From Marsupella aquatica (lineage: Eukaryota; Plantae; Marchantiophyta): DNA of 64,000 bases. Positions 1 through 14,744 of this stretch are shown here, one piece after another. Position numbers and translations under genes: made by a program. How positions within the stretch are numbered: position 1 is the first letter of the stretch; each line of letters begins with the position of its first letter. The DNA is taken from contig OZ316895.1 in NCBI GenBank assembly GCA_973895155.1, positions 20,288,803-20,352,802 on the forward strand, given 5' to 3'. The notes beneath the pieces are model-generated. The model searched no databases and had not been told where the DNA came from. It worked only from the letters and a program-made list of their open reading frames with translations.

Positions 1-3000
1 TTTGCAAGAACAAGCACTATGAAAATATGGATTCCCACATTGACTGTGTCCGTAGAACAGATGCAACCCGCATGCAACTTCACCAGCTCAACGGCAGCTT
101 GACAACTGAAGGACCTCCCAATGAGCCTCACGGCCTCCCGATGCTCGTTATGGGTGCAGCAAAAGGGTCTATACCACAACTGTGACCGAGATTGTCACCC
201 AAAACCTTGAAGAAACCCCAACCTCCGACTCCTCAAACTCCGACAAGCTCCTCACGAACGTTGCAGCAGCCACAACCTTCTTCACCCTACCAGCCAAAAA
301 CTAAATGTCCCTAAAGGAGATCGAGCAGGAATGCAGGTCTATGAGTAGACTGCAAGCGCAAGGTTAGATCACTGCAACTGCCTGAACACTGCTCCTCGAG
401 AGCATAAACAAGCATATAACGCGCGGGAAGTTCACTCCGCAATGGTCGCAAAAAGTGGGCAACACTGAAAGGAAAACCCTACGTAAAACCCCGAACACTC
501 CACCCCTCACGTTCTAAGTTCAATGACAATGGCGAAAACTCCAAAGAGACTCCCAAAGTGAAGTTTAGTGCCTGAAACCGAATTAGGGGAAGCCACTCAG
601 CCTTACCGTTTGAGTGAGCCGTTGAGTGTCACCCAAAGTGGGACAAAGCTACAAAGTGTTACTGCATGGCCAACTTAGGCAATGAATGGTCATATTTGCA
701 CATACATGGTCGGTAGTGACATTTTATTGCACGCCGTAATCAGGATTAAGGTTGCCCAACATTATATCCGGTCCTAAAATGCAATATTCCCGGTGCAAGA
801 ATGTGACCTAGCTCTAATGTATGAAAAAGGACCGGTACAAATCTACCTTTGTGCATCTTGACCTTTTATAGATGGATTTAGTAATGGCCAAGAATATCTT
901 GACCATCCCTCCATGGTCCAACCTCCATGAACCCCACTTCATTAAACCCAAAACCTTTTTGGTCACAAATAAGGACATTTAATGAGTTATGCCCCTTGCT
1001 ATCACCCTCTTTATAGATTTATTTTTTTGTTTGAAATTTTACATTTATTCCGCGTGAACCCCACGGATGGGGGAACCAGTAGGCCAAATGGCATCATAAA
1101 ACCTCAACACCCAAAGGAGGCAATAACAAAGAGTTACTCAACCAGGGTCATCAGATCAGGCAAAGATTGCGAAGCCGTTCTTCTAGTGGTCCATGCAACA
1201 AGTAACAACTAGGGAATAAGCACTAGAAGGCGCAGTAGGTCAGCATAGTGTAAGTGTAAAGTGTCAAAGCATTGTCTAGTACTAAATTAATCCACCTGAT
1301 TAGTAAGAAGGGGGTGTATACTGTAATGGGAAAAAGAAAAAAAACCAAGGCATGAGCAAGGGCCACCAAGAGTGGTGCAGCTATAAGCTATAGGGATTGA
1401 ACACAATGCGGGGGGGCAGTGGCACTATGTATGAGGAAATCACGGGAGTATCGGTGTCAAATGAGTCGACAAAACTCCCAGATAGCCACACAGTATAAAT
1501 CAATCTCACAGAAGGCTGCCATCAATGGAGGAAACAATTTGACACGACCCACATCTGAGAGTGTGAATTCGCTCGATCTCCAGCAGTTCTTTGGCACTCG
1601 ATAGACGTCGGTGCTTTCGGCTCAAAGATGAAGGAGAATTACCCCTCCTCAACATAGAGTGAACATTACCCATGATGTGCTAGACTATTCACCCTTCACA
1701 AAGTAGCAAGGTTACTTCTCATAGTCTTTTAGTGAACCATAAAACTCTCATAGTCTTTTCTAGTCTTCAACAAAACCGGTGCAATGGGTGCGAGTTGTTT
1801 TAAGTATGGAAAAAGGACTTAGTGGGCATAGTCCTATAAGGTATGGTCTAAATTGCCCCGGTTTCTACTAGTGCATGCATGACGAGTGTCAACACCTTGC
1901 AATGGGGCTTAACTCTTTTTTAGAGTTAAATCTACCACTACTGCCCCTTCTTATCATTGTCCGAATTCCTAGGACGGGCGAATAGCAGGACAGTAGGTCA
2001 TTTTCCCTTAATCTCTCTCTTCTTCTTCACTCACACACCCAACTGGGTAATTTTACTTCCACCGCTGGAAAGATAACCTTGAAGGGTGGTTATCACTCCC
2101 CTGCTCTCCCACTGGAAAACACTCCCCACACCCCACTCTTGATCTCAACACGGTCAGTGGACATCTACAAGCTATCCTCGCAGACTCCTTACATAACCGT
2201 CACCCAAGATAGTACCCTGTTTCCTTCACAAAGGACTGCAGGATTACCACTTGCTATCCCAACAAGACAAGTGCTGACCCTGCTCTCATCCTCAAGCTTC
2301 AAGCTTCACCTCTCCGGTATCAAATCACACCTGAGTCCACATACATGCTCACTGGTTTGACATCTCACTAGGCAGCTGCTTCAAGACTAAGGGTTACACG
2401 CAAGTCTTTACTAGAGAGAATAGAAACAAGTTCAGATCATAACACCTCCCTTGACCTTCTCCTTGCTGCCTACCTAGTGGACTAGTTCACTGTTCCCCCC
2501 TTACTAGTGCCTCAAGCTCATGCTGCTGCTCTCCAAGGAAGAGCCCAGCCCCCAAGCTCCCAGCCTCTAAGAAAGTGGACAGCTGAACAAGTGAGAAGAT
2601 AGCCCCCTGCTTCTCCTCTTTATTTCTACACCTCAGGGCTCCAAACCAAACCCACGCCAAACCAAACCAAGCCTAAGGTGCTAACTCAGGTTAGTAGTTA
2701 CGGCAAACTTACTACTTTCTTGCTAAAGTTTAACTCGGGTTAAATCTCTATTTTACCGCAGGTTAACTTAACTACAACCAGTACTTTGGTTTCCACACAA
2801 GACCTAAACAGCGGCAACCTCTCGGCAAGACGAGTAACCAGGGTACCCCCTTTGGTAACTCTTACAACTAACCGCGTGAGTTGTAAACTAACTGGAACAC
2901 AATATTTCTCACGGTAACAACTCCAAGTTTGGCCTACAACTGAGGGTTAATACGCCATTGAGTTTTGGGTTACCACTGAGTCTCGGGTTTTACCGCTGAG

Positions 3001-5681
3001 ACTCGGGTTACCACAGAAGTACAGGTCAGCTTTTACACAGTTGTAAACTTACCCGAATAGTACAACTGTCGCTTGAGTTGGTTCCAACTAGAATGTTGGC
3101 ATTAGCAGTTATTCTATGGCTACTGTGCAAGTGCAAGGCCGAGCTATCTAGCAACAACTCATCGTATACCAGCACCCCTCAAGTGTTGGGCTTCATAATA
3201 GCCCGACAACTTATTACAAATAGTGGTTTTCATGAAAACTCCTTAGCATATCCTATTGGGATAAAAAATGGTTTCTCGGGCCTCCATGAAGTCGAGGCAC
3301 CCCTATTGGGCCCTCCCCTGGTCTCCCTGCTGGCCTAGACCCGGCCTCAAAGTCCTTCAAACGGCTCAGAACCAACGCTGCCGCAAGCTTAAGTAGAGTT
3401 GCTACGAACTCCTTAAACGAAGAGCTAAGAACGCTCCCTTGGTATCCCGAATGAAGTCTCTAGCAAACAGCAGGTCGCGAGTTCAAGCCCAGCCGCCGAC
3501 AGCCAACTACCAGGTAAGTTTTGGCAAAGACCACCCCCTTTTCCTCCTTTCGCAAAGACTACTCGCGAAATGAATTTTTTTTCTCCTCCCTTCACAAGTC
3601 GCGAGCAGCGGCGAAGTGCTGCTGCTTCATGTTCTCCCTGGCAGCTACTCCATAGCTCATAAATCAGCAAGCTCACCTCCGCAACATTGACTTCTATCAG
3701 CCTAGCTCCCAAGCTCTACTTCTCCATAGCTACTCAGCAACACTGGAGCAGCTTCCTGAGAAGCTCGCAGCAGTATGCTCTATCCACAATTCTCAGCATA
3801 GAAGCAACGTAGCTTCTCTTATTCAGCAGCAACCTTACTTAGCCAGCTCTATTTGATTTCCTTCAGCAACACTAAGCTGCAACGAGTTAGCTTTATCCCA
3901 CAGTATAGCTTTTCAGCCAATCTTAGCTGCAGCAGCGGCTCTCCATAGCTTAGCAGCAAAGAGCTCAGCAGTAATTTCTTGATTAGAGCTTCTCCTATCA
4001 GAGCTTTGACTGATCAGCAGCATGAAGCTCCGACATCGAGCTTCTCATAGCACTAAACTATCCTCAGCATCTGGGCAGCATTCAATCTTCCAATAGCTTC
4101 GAGCCAGCAGTAAGGTTGCTTCCAGTCCGCAGCAGCAAGTCCATGATAGCAGCTTCAAGTTCAAGTAGCAACGAGTAGTAGGATCAAATTTTCTTCAACA
4201 GCATCAAGCTTTAGTGAAGTAGGACCAGGACTTCTCAATAGCACAGCAGCCATAACGAGTTCAATGGCAGCACAACACCACTCTCTTCAGCAGCGAGTTC
4301 CCCAGCAACGGACTCCAACAATACAAAGCTTCAGGCAATTACCAACAATTTCCCCATTAGCAACCAAGCTTCAATTGCAGCGCACGAAATTGAATCTTTT
4401 GCCACCACTAGATTGCCCGGGGGATGAGATTTTCTTATCCCAAGAGTTCCTTCCAACATCACAGAGTTTCTCCCAGTAGCTCAATTCAATTCATGCCTTA
4501 CCTTCAGGCAATTTCTGTGGTTCCTCCGCTTCTCCCGAGTCAATTCACATTGTCCTTATAGAAGGATGTTCGTTTCCCTTAATTACACCCTTGAATTTCT
4601 CCCTGATTGTTGCTGCTCCTTCCTTGGCTTCTACGTAGATTGTCCCTGCATTTTGTATCCTTATGAGAAGGACTCCCATGATGACACCTGGCTCCTAGAC
4701 AAACTCCCGTAGCACTACTTGCTTTGTACTCAGAACTCGCCCCTACTTCTATGGTATCCCGTCTTAAGTGTACTTATAACAAAGCTCCAGTTTCATAAAT
4801 CTCCAGCATTGTGCCCTGCCCTCCGTTTTGTCTGAAATTTTGCCAGTGTGTCCCTTGAACCTAAGACTATCTACTTACTGGATTTCCAGGTCTAACTCTA
4901 TTTGGAGACTTTTCTATAATTCTGCAGAGTAGACTATTTGTCACTTTCTACTTTTACTTCTTGAGATTTCCTAACCTATCCTAATTCAACTAGACTTTAA
5001 CTAAGACCTTCCTAACTATCCCTACTTAATCTCCTTGACCCATTGTGCATCAGTTTACTTACTTTAACCTTACGTCTACTTCTAACTGGGGTTACTTCTA
5101 ACTATAGTTAGTCCATTTTTAACTTTAGTTAAACCTACTACCTAATTTGGCATCCGACAATGAGTCACCAACCTATACACCAGACTAGTTACTATGTTAA
5201 AACATAAAAATATATAACCCACTTATGTGCATGTGTAAGTGTGGATAAGAACAAAGGTTGTGCGGATTCTTCAACCTCGCAAAGGAATCGCACACCAAAA
5301 TGATGCACGATGAATTGCTAAATATAAATTTTCTCCATAACTCAAAACTGAAATTCAACGTGATTTGGAAATCCCCTGGCGACTCATTCTCAATTCTTTC
5401 TCTATAGTCTTCACTCTCTCTTTTTCAAAGGTTTTAAAGGTTTCCACCTTCATGTACGAAATCAATCCTTCTTCTATAAAACCTAAGAACCCATGAGAAA
5501 AACCCTACCCATTTTCTACTTCAAGCAAGATGTGTTCTATCTTTGTACCATTGTATTCTCGCTCTACCACGGTACTTCCCCAAAATCCTTAAATTTCTAG
5601 AGTCACCCGTGGCAATGGTCTCTCCCTCAAGCTGTCTCGATTCCTTGCATGATCTAGACACACAGTCAAGAATTGTACTGT

Positions 5682-6143
5682 TCATTTTTCATCTTTGCTC
5701 CTAATCCTGGCATATGATGAACCATCATTCATTGTCTTTGTCTCCATCCGCAATCCTGTTATGTACGACATTCCAAGTATAATCGGATACATAGCTGACT
5801 CTTGGACAAATTTTTTTTGCCCCTCCTTGATCTTTCCTATCGTAATGTTAACATTGGGACAGGCTCCCCATAAGCTACCTTTAGAATTGTTTGATGCTCT
5901 CATCAACCATCCATGCTCCTTGTCGACAAGCCAATCCCCTTTGTCAAACAGTTTCTTGGACATGAGGTTAATTTCTGACCATGAATCCACCAATGCCACA
6001 ACAGGTTCTTCCAAGTGTCCGATGTGCACCAAGGTTTCCGTAATGGCTCTAGCCCAATGATTGCGCAAATAGTGACTCGTTCGAGCCACTTGCTCCTCTT
6101 CATCAGCAAATTGCACTCTAGATGATTGATAGCATAGAGCCAC
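5682..6143 (-). pseudogene. Retropepsin-like aspartic protease with a mutated active-site Gly
   Basis: VVALVDSWSEINLMS (the D-x-G motif reads D-S-W) and downstream YPIILGM. Confidence 0.7.
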
Positions 6144-6237
6144 ATTCTCGTCTCATTCTCCCATGATTTGTTGTACACTCGTAGCTTCTGGTTCAGCCAA
6201 ACTCTGACGCTTTTTTTTTATGATATCAATGATGACT

Positions 6238-7809
6238 TCATGAAACTCTCATTTTGCAATACCCAACATGTACTTCGCCCAATGTGAACTCCACTTTGCC
6301 ATTGAGAATCCTCTCCTCCAGCACTTTCTTCAGATTTGTAGCTAGCTCAATGTCGGATTGCAATTTGTATGCTGGCCCTTTTCCCTTCTCTTTTGATTGA
6401 TTTCTCCTCCCCTTCATGGAAGACGCTTCATCCATCATTTCCTCTCGAGGTGGAGTTGAATCAACATGCACTCTTTCCTCCCTTGCCGGTCGCTTTGATG
6501 GTCCTTCATTGGCCTCGGTTCTCCTTTGCTTGTCTTCTACTAATACCTCATGTTGACTTTGGGCAATATACGCATGCACCAAGAAGGAGTCAATTGGATC
6601 ATTCCAACCTATGATTTGTTGAATGGTTTGGCCAGCCTGAGATAGAGATTCTAAGGACATTTTTCCCTTGTCCATATACCTCTTAGCAAAAGGCCATAGC
6701 TCACTTGCTTCTCCTTGTACATTGTTGTACGTCATTTGGGCTTGCTTACCCTCATGTCTTGCAGGTACCACCTTTGCACCATAGACTATCGCTTCAATAG
6801 ATGCTGCTGCATTTTCCGCCGCCATCTCATCCAAAACTTTCTTCATTCCTCCCCGCCCAAAGTTGGTCTTTATTGGGAGACCAATTTCCTTTGTGCATAT
6901 TCTCCCTTCTTTGAAGAAGACCACATTATTTCTCATTGCATCTTTAAAATTGTCACAAGCACTTCGAGCATGGTCTGTGCTCTCACACCACATGCAGCGT
7001 GAGACAAACCCTTCCTGATGTACAGGTTTGGCTTCCAATGAATGATACTTCTCCTCTAATCTTGTTAGTTTGATGCGCAACTCCCTCATTCCTTTCACCA
7101 ACTCCTCTATGCTTGACTCCTCACTTGATCTTGCTACAATTGTAGACTTTGATACCAGCTCCACCTGAGGTTCTCCCAAACGCCTAGTAGGAGATTTCTT
7201 GCTTATCATGATCTTCTCTCTCCTCCGCTGCCTCTTTGTTAATAGTGACGTTGCTTCCTCCACATCTTTCCAAGTGGTCTTCAATCCTTGCTCTTTAGTT
7301 GTGTCTTCCAACAATGGCTCCAAAAATTCTAGAGTCTTTCACAAAATTGAATTAAAAAACCCTATACTTATTCGCGCGTGATGGGTTGGAAGAAAATAAG
7401 TGAGGACCCGGGAGGATCATTTTGTGAGTCGCTATGAATCCTCCATGAAATATTTATCCTTCAAGGCTCTAGAGAATGCCTCCCAGGTTTCTCTATGCCT
7501 CTCCATCAGCTTCTTGATTTTCTCACAAAATTTTGGCAAGACAGCAAGCTCAAAGCTTGCAATCATCTCACTTTCAAGTACTTTGCTTAGCTCCATCTCT
7601 TGAGTATAGAAACACAGGTACTTCAAAATATTTTGCCCATCGAATTGATCATTTTTGTTGACAATAGCTTGTAGTGCTTTGGTTGTCAACACCTTCTTCT
7701 TCTCCGCTGCTTGTTGCTCCTTCATGTATAGGTTGAAGGCGTGAAGCATTTGCATGGTTGATGCATCAAACATCATTGATGGTCCTCCTTCTCCTTCCTT
7801 GTTTGCCAT
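6238..7809 (-). pseudogene. Gypsy-type gag, interrupted by stop/frameshift
   Basis: ORFs 7432-7809 and 6238-7323; CX2CX4HX4C knuckle; coiled-coil IEELVKGMRELRIKL. Confidence 0.7.
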
Positions 7810-10499
7810 TTTACAGTGCGCAGGTTCTGCAGCCCAGAATCTTTCACGTTGAGTTCACCAAATATGACATGAAGTTCGTGGGCGATGTCAAGAAAGCCCG
7901 AGCTTCTCTCTATCAGAAGAATAGTGCGCTACAATATGCTAATAAAACACTACGATCATTACCCAAAAATGTTCAATTGTCATGGGAACAACGAATGAAA
8001 TCAGGGATGAAATGATCATGGTATATGCCAACTCCCCAAAATTTCTGATGATGAAGGTTCAAAATTCAATTTTTCGGCGATATATCACCTGAACATTACA
8101 ATCTATACTAAAATTAGGCCTATGAACTCTATTAAGATCCATCTTCTAGTTCAAAATCACAATATAGGCTTTTTGAACATAGGAAATTCATGTACGATTA
8201 TCAACTTCCTTTGAATCCTATCAAGCAAGCCAAGTACTTACTAACCTATCATCCCTCAAAGGTTCGAGTCAAAATTCTATCTTCATCAATGGTTACAAAG
8301 AAAAATGATGAACCTATCTAGATTGCAGGCTATGAAGACCCTGTCGTTGTCACCATACTATATATCTCACTTAAAGATAGATATATCCTCAAAATGTTTT
8401 TCTAGGCATGACATAGCCTCTTGTCTATTTCCAAGAAAAAATTCACCTATGCATCTTATTCTAGAAAAATATGACAAACAATATTCAAATTCAGAAAAAT
8501 ATGGTTCTATTTGAACATAATCTAAGTCTTTAAATCATCATAACTTTCTAGTATTGTACAACCAAAATCAAGTGATTCCAAAAGCAAACTTTGTGTGCTC
8601 ATCAAGGTGATCAAAACTAGACTACTATCTCTCCAAGGAAAATATATTACAATGATTTCCTATATAGAAAAACCTTTACTACTTAATAATTTACTAACAA
8701 TGTCACATCTCTAGCTTCCAAGCAAATTCTATGAATTCTCATACTTTCCACATACTCTTGCACATAGATTTGGAATAATGAAGAAAACTCTCCATGCCCC
8801 CCTAAGGGGTAGGCCTCATATTTATAGTGCTTTGGAGGACAATGACTCACCCCTTTGGTACACATGGTCCAATAATATTTGAACATGTAACCAATAAAGT
8901 GTTTGGATGCTATTGTGCATGTTTCCATGTTTATGCTCCTTTCGACACCTAATTGGCCATGTGTTTGATTCTAAATGGACATGCAACCATGCAAGGCTAT
9001 TTTACACATGTATGTCATTTATCCCTATATATTTGCTATGTCACAAATCTAGTGAAAAAGTAAAGCCACCTAGCAGGTCTATACTCTTAGAGATTAGAAT
9101 ACTTATTCCTATAATCCACAATACTTTATTTAGAAGTGCTTTGTCATCACTCTAACCCATCATAAGATGCCTAAATTTTGTAACTAAGCATGATGAGTCA
9201 TCAACCTACACACCAAACTAGTTACTATGTTAAAATATAAAAATATATAACCCACTTATGTGCATATGTAAGTGTGGGTAAGAACAAAGGTTGTGCGGAT
9301 TCTTCAACCTCTTGAAGGAATCGCACACCAAAGTTATGCACGATGAATTTCCAAAAATAAACTTTCTCCATAACTTGAAACTGAAATTTAACGTGATTTG
9401 GAAATCCAACTGACGCCCCGTGCACTCCGTCCATTGCTGCTTTCTTGCCTTAGAGTTGTTGCTTCCTCCTCTCATTCCTTGTCCCTTTATGAATCGGCAA
9501 CCCGCTACAAGCATAGGTACCCAATTTATGGTCTTATTTGTCATCTTAAGTCGAGATGTTGCAAACCCAAAATATACCCGTGTAACTTAGGTGTAATATT
9601 TGCACCAAAGTTACCACGACAATGTAAGACTCCAGGTCCGTTCATTAGTCCCCAACGTCCTCCAATACCACCTTTTTGTGGCTTGATTAGAAGACATCCG
9701 ATCAACCTAAGCAGTCTCCAAAATTATCTCTTCCACCTTCCCAAATGGCAACACCAATTCAATCAGAAGTAGGAAGAGTCGGTGAAACGAGAACGACCAA
9801 GAGTGATAAGAGCTCACCTGCCCAGATTGTAGGGCGGGAATCCAATCGATCTTTCAGATTTAACTTTGAAACCTCCAATTGAAGACACAATGGTGTAGAG
9901 ATCAACTGGTCCTAAACCAGCCCGAGTAGCAGAATCCTGCTAAGAAGCAACTTTGACCAAATGTTGAAGCAACACTTCAATCAATATGTGGGCACATTAG
10001 AATCTTGGAAGGGCAGACCTCAGTGCATCTCTTGGTGTAGCTCATAGCTAAAAATAGGGCATTTCACAAAGGAATAATTGGTCTCGATGTCAATGAGTCC
10101 CCTGCCTCAAACCCAACTTGGATTTGCAGCCAGTAAGACCCCCCAAGTGTCAAAGAATCTTGAGTGAGTGAGGTTTTTAACGACGCTTGATGATAGAGGT
10201 AGTAATCCAAAGAACAAGATGTTCAAATATGATACATCTGCGACGAAAGTTCCGCTTCAATGCACAATCAGCGACAACCTAAAACTTTCTGAACTCTGTC
10301 GTAATCGAGATAGTTGAGATTGGATCATCTTTTGATGATAAAAAACCCCTTAATCCATTCAATCAATGCAGATCTGTTCCAATCTCCCGAGTCGAGCACA
10401 ACCGGCATGACCACTCGATTCCCCAAAGCCCTAAACCCCTAGTTCCTTCAGCTCCATCGTCAGTTCAGTTAGTTCAGTCAGTCCTCTAGAGAAGGGTCC

Positions 10500-11950
10500 A
10501 GATCCACTATATAACTAACTGAGAGCTTCTTTACTAAATGATCTCAGCCTTGCTGGCGCACTAAAAACTTGTTTCAAAAAAAGGCCTTGAACTCCCCACT
10601 GCGCAAGTATTTATCTTGGTAACGCACCTACCATTTCATTGTAGTGTAAGCCTAAGTCTAACTTAATTGTAATCTGCCTATGTACAATGGGGCAAGAACA
10701 CAAGTGTTGCTCTTACCAGTGGATCCGCAATCCCAACTAATCTAAGTGTCAGGGCCGCCACTTGGCCCTAATCCTAATCCTAAACCTAAAGGTCCGCGCC
10801 CACCCTGCCCATGCACGCCTCCTTCCCCCATGCCCGCCCTCTGTAAAAGGGACGGCCCTCCCTCACCATCATGCCAGTGGTGGTTCATCCCCAATGGATG
10901 CCCCTAATTCTTCTTCTTTGGCCAATGTTGCAGGTTCGTCATCTGACAGATTACATGCTCCTGACTAGGTCAACCTGTACTTGGCGTTGTCTGGTTTGAC
11001 CTCGGCCTCGGCCTTGGGTTTGGCTTCAGCTACCGTCCTAGCTTGTAGAATTGTTGGGACCATCGCTGCGGCATCAGTACTTGTAGTCTCGGCATCGGCC
11101 TTGTTAATGCCGACATCCCCCTTCTCCCTGTAGTTTTCCTCCTCATAGGCTTGTCCTACGAGGTGGGTTGTCTCCTCTCTTCAAGGTTGCATTCCCGGTT
11201 GCATTTAATGAATATCAATAATCGACAACCTTGAGTCAACTCCAATCATGGCTGCACCCAGTCGGTCTTCTTGGCCGACTTCTAATACTTCCACCTTCTG
11301 CTTGTGCGCCCTCCCCGTGGGGCTTTTTCGCGGGGGGACTGAAATATATTAAATGGCTACGATTCCAAGTAATACTTCCACCTTCACGGCCATGACTTTG
11401 CATAAGGCCGGTGATGCTTTCTACCTCGGCCACAGTGGCTTGGGGAAGTGTGGTGACTCCTGACCCAAAAGGTTTCCGCTCCTTCTTGTCCTTTCCTTCC
11501 AAGGCAGTCGGCGTCTTCCCTTTGCCCATTACTTTTAGCAAGGGCAAGGGTACCACGGCTGGTCTTTCAGCCAGTACAACACCTCGCAACCTTGTTGTCG
11601 CCATCAGGGGTCTACTTGGTGGAGCCAAACACTTTGTTTCCTCCGCTGGTTTCCTTAGCCACTCTGTTTGATTGACCACCCGCCGCTGCAAGTTCTCCAC
11701 CTTCCGCACGGTGTCCTCTAACTCCTCCCGAGTCTCATCCAACTCCCCTTGGGCGGCCTCCAATTCCTTTTTTAAAGCCGTCTTCTCCTCCTTGGCTTCC
11801 TTCAGCTCCTTGTTGAGCTTGATGACGACATCATACTCCATCTTATTCATCTTTTTGTATTGTTGATCGAGCATGTTGTCCTTCCGATACAAGTCGGCTT
11901 GAAAATTGGCTGACAGGGTTGCAAGCTCCTCCTTCAGCAGAGCAATGGCC
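10500..11950 (-). mobile_element. Degenerate, truncated paralogue of the 3' end of the large coiled-coil ORF element at 46.3-47.6 kb
   Basis: ORF 11236-11892 (LNKELKEAKEEKTALKKELE...NLQRRVVNQTEWLRK) matches the C-terminus of ORF 46695-50375. Non-coding 10500-10800 aligns by eye with 46316-46620 (TAACTGAGAGCTTCT, CACAAGTGTTGCTC, CGCAATCCCA). Confidence 0.8.
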
Positions 11951-13687
11951 TCGTGGGTTTTGTCATAGTCGACACACTTATGCTGATAGTCCTGCGGAAT
12001 GGTTCAATAGTGCCTTAAGTGAAAGTATAACTCATTTTTTTGTTCTAGAGAAGGAAGAGTAAGAAAGACATTTTAGTGATAGCAAAGTATTTAGGGTTTT
12101 CAACCCTAAGTAACTAAGGAAAGCTAGTAGGAAATAATGTAAGGGAGGAGATATATTGTTCTAAGAAAGTGTCAAGGGATTAGTAAGGTCTTTATGGTAG
12201 GGCAGCAAATGTTCCATCCTTAGTTACAATAGGTGACTAAGTTGGTCTGGAAAATGACCCGCCACTTGAAGTCTTAGTTTTGGTTAAAGATTTTTCCCAT
12301 AGGTGCTAGGAGGTACTTAGAGCACTCCTCTGAAGTATGACATCAAGTGAGGTCTCAACCTATGATTCCTTGTGTTTTGGTGGGACTTAAATTAACAAAA
12401 TAGCGGGTCCCGGAAAAAATAGCTAATGGGTAAAATTTTTGGTCTAGGTCAAAATATAAGCTGACTAGTGTCCCCTCTATTCCTGGAAACTTGTGAAAAA
12501 ATTTGGTTACTTTTTAGGAAGCCTGCAAAGTTAAGGAGAATTTTGCAAAACATAATAATTAACCCTTTTCACCTAATTTTAGAAAAGTGGTTATAAGTGT
12601 GTTTTTGTAGATATTAGTAAACCAGGATACACTCCTATGTCCAAGGATTCTAGGGATATACTCAGATGTCCTTTTGGCCTTATGGGTGAATTTTGGCAAG
12701 GGGTACAATACGGGTTGGTGAATTATATTCTTTTCAAAATAACAAAATCCGACTAAGTGTAAAATGTGTCGACGAGGCTACCACGAGGCAGGAATGAGTC
12801 AAGCACAAGGGCGGTTGTGAGATGATTGAATAGACCAGGAAATCACAAGGTGAAGGAGCTTGAGTGGGAGGAGGTTTGGAGGTCAAAGCATGCAACTCAT
12901 GTGTGGCATATTCCAGGGCTTGGAATGAGTCAAAACGACAGGTTGTAGAGTGGGGTATGAACTATAGATTTGGACTATGTGTGTTAGGAGAACTTTGGTG
13001 ATTGGACTTTGTGAGTTAGGAGGACTTGGGGGAGGTTTTGTTGACCCCAGATCGAGCTTGGTAGGAGTTTAGTATAAGAAGGAAAGATTTCCCTTTGTGA
13101 AGGACCAGAAGTCTCATTTCTTTAGTGTAAGCTCTACCTTGCCAAGTTGGGGCTAAGTTTGGGAAGGGAGAGGAGGTCCATGCTTAGTGTGGAGAGTGTG
13201 TAGTGACCTTTTGTGTAAGTGTTGAGTATACAATAAGATGAGTTTTCCAATCTTTATTGTGACCATTAAGTGTGAGTGAATTTGAAGTGTAGGAGAGAAA
13301 AAGAAGAATCCATGATAGGATGCAATCTTGGTCTAATCTTGAAGGGGATGTGCTAGTTCACAACCAAGGCTAGGAAGACAAACTACTTTGGGACTTAGAG
13401 AGGGTTGTAGCTTGAGGGTGGAAAGTACCTTCCTTGGTGTGTGGCGTTGAGAAGAAGTAAGAACAAGAGGAAGAATATGATCTGCGGGTTTCAGCTTGGC
13501 CTAGTTTTTTTGGCCGCTGGTCTTATAAAAATCCCCCAAACTTAAAAAAATAAATCATTTTCCAACCCCATTTCCAACAGAGATTTTAAGTAAAGAATAC
13601 ACAAACTTTTGTTTAAAACTGGCTATTTGGTGAAAGATATATGAGACCAACATGAGAGTGGCTCTAACTTGTGAGAGGACGAGTATT

Positions 13688-14744
13688 GAAGCATCCTGGC
13701 ACACGAAGAGTTCATGGTTCTGCTGTGGGAGTACACTTTGGGGCTTGATGTAATGAATAGACATGGCAAATTTTATTTCGATGACAGCAACAATTTTTTT
13801 GTAATATGCCATCGACAATTGAATTCAATATGTAGAGCCCAGGACTTTGACATAGTATTCTATGTGGGATATTGTGTGGTCATTGTAACACTCTCGATCT
13901 GGGTCAGAGGAGTTACACTAGATGAGTTTTCTTTGAGAAGTTATGAGCCTGAATGCCTATTCTTTGAATATTAATAGAGATAGGACAAAAAAAGCCTTGC
14001 AAAAGAATCTATGTCGTTCCCCTTCATCTTTGCCCCATTTGTGTTTTTGATATGCATTTCACTTTCAGTTTTGTCATTATTAGTTTTGTCCGATCCCTCT
14101 TTTTGGTATGCACTTCACTTTCAATTTTGTCATCATTAGTTTTGTCTTGTAGAGTTATAGCCTATAGGCTTCACTCTAGAAGTCTAGACGTCAACTCTAG
14201 TTTCTGTTCACGCTCTATAAATTAGATGTGGAGTAGCCAGGGCATAGCATAGCTGACCTTAATGAAACTAATATTTTTGCACACTTTTGAAGGGTTTGCA
14301 ATTTTTGAGAGTAAAGTAAACTCTTGAACACAAAAGAAACACATGTGGAACTAGTACACGAGTTTACACATAAATTTGCAGTGACTCTGAAATCTGTATA
14401 CCTGGTTAATACTGTGGTCCGGTACACCAGGAAATCTCCTAGCCTGGCAGGCTGCCCCCGCTGTGCCCAGGGATCCCCCAGCACTGACTTCTAGCAATAT
14501 CTCAGGGTAGTCTTCAAATTCAGTGGGTGCTCCGACAGGGAATGCTCAGTTACCTTGCCTAAAAGGGGCATTTTTAATCCTTGCTGGAAAGCATTTTGTA
14601 GATATTTTATAGGGGTAGTGAAGCATCCTGGCACACAAAGAGTTCATGGTTCTGCTGTGGGAGTACACTCTGGGGCTTGATCTAATGAATACACATGGCA
14701 AATTCTATTTTGATGACAGCAACAACTTTTTTGTAATATGCCAT
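13688..14744. repeat. ~125-bp dispersed direct repeat (13688-13813 and 14620-14744)
   Basis: GAAGCATCCTGGCACAC..AGAGTTCATGGTTCTGCTGTGGGAGTACACT...GTAATATGCCAT occurs twice. Confidence 0.85.

Larger units (their letters stand above)
5161..9407 (-). mobile_element. Degenerate, non-autonomous Ty3/Gypsy-type LTR element (gag + aspartic protease; no RT/RNase H/integrase seen)
   Basis: A ~215-bp direct repeat lies at 5161-5375 and 9194-9407. PBS-like TGGTGAACTC at 7851-7860 (- strand) sits just upstream of the gag start. Broken gag ORFs are 7432-7809 (FDGQNILKYL..Y) and 6238-7323 (Zn knuckle CMWCESTDHARSAC). Protease ORF 5682-6143 has ALVDSWSEINLM...YPIILGM. Confidence 0.75.

Noticed and set aside
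1-5160. Short ORFs and a CAG-rich tract as genes
   Set aside because: No recognisable protein motifs; this looks like degenerate LTR/TE-derived sequence that I cannot classify.
9780-10410. Possible degenerate RNase H-like (RVT_3) ORF on the - strand
   Set aside because: Only a weak GLIDIETN similarity amid many stops; insufficient support.
11960-13550. Possible solo LTR
   Set aside because: The composition is LTR-like, but no TG...CA termini or TSD could be fixed.
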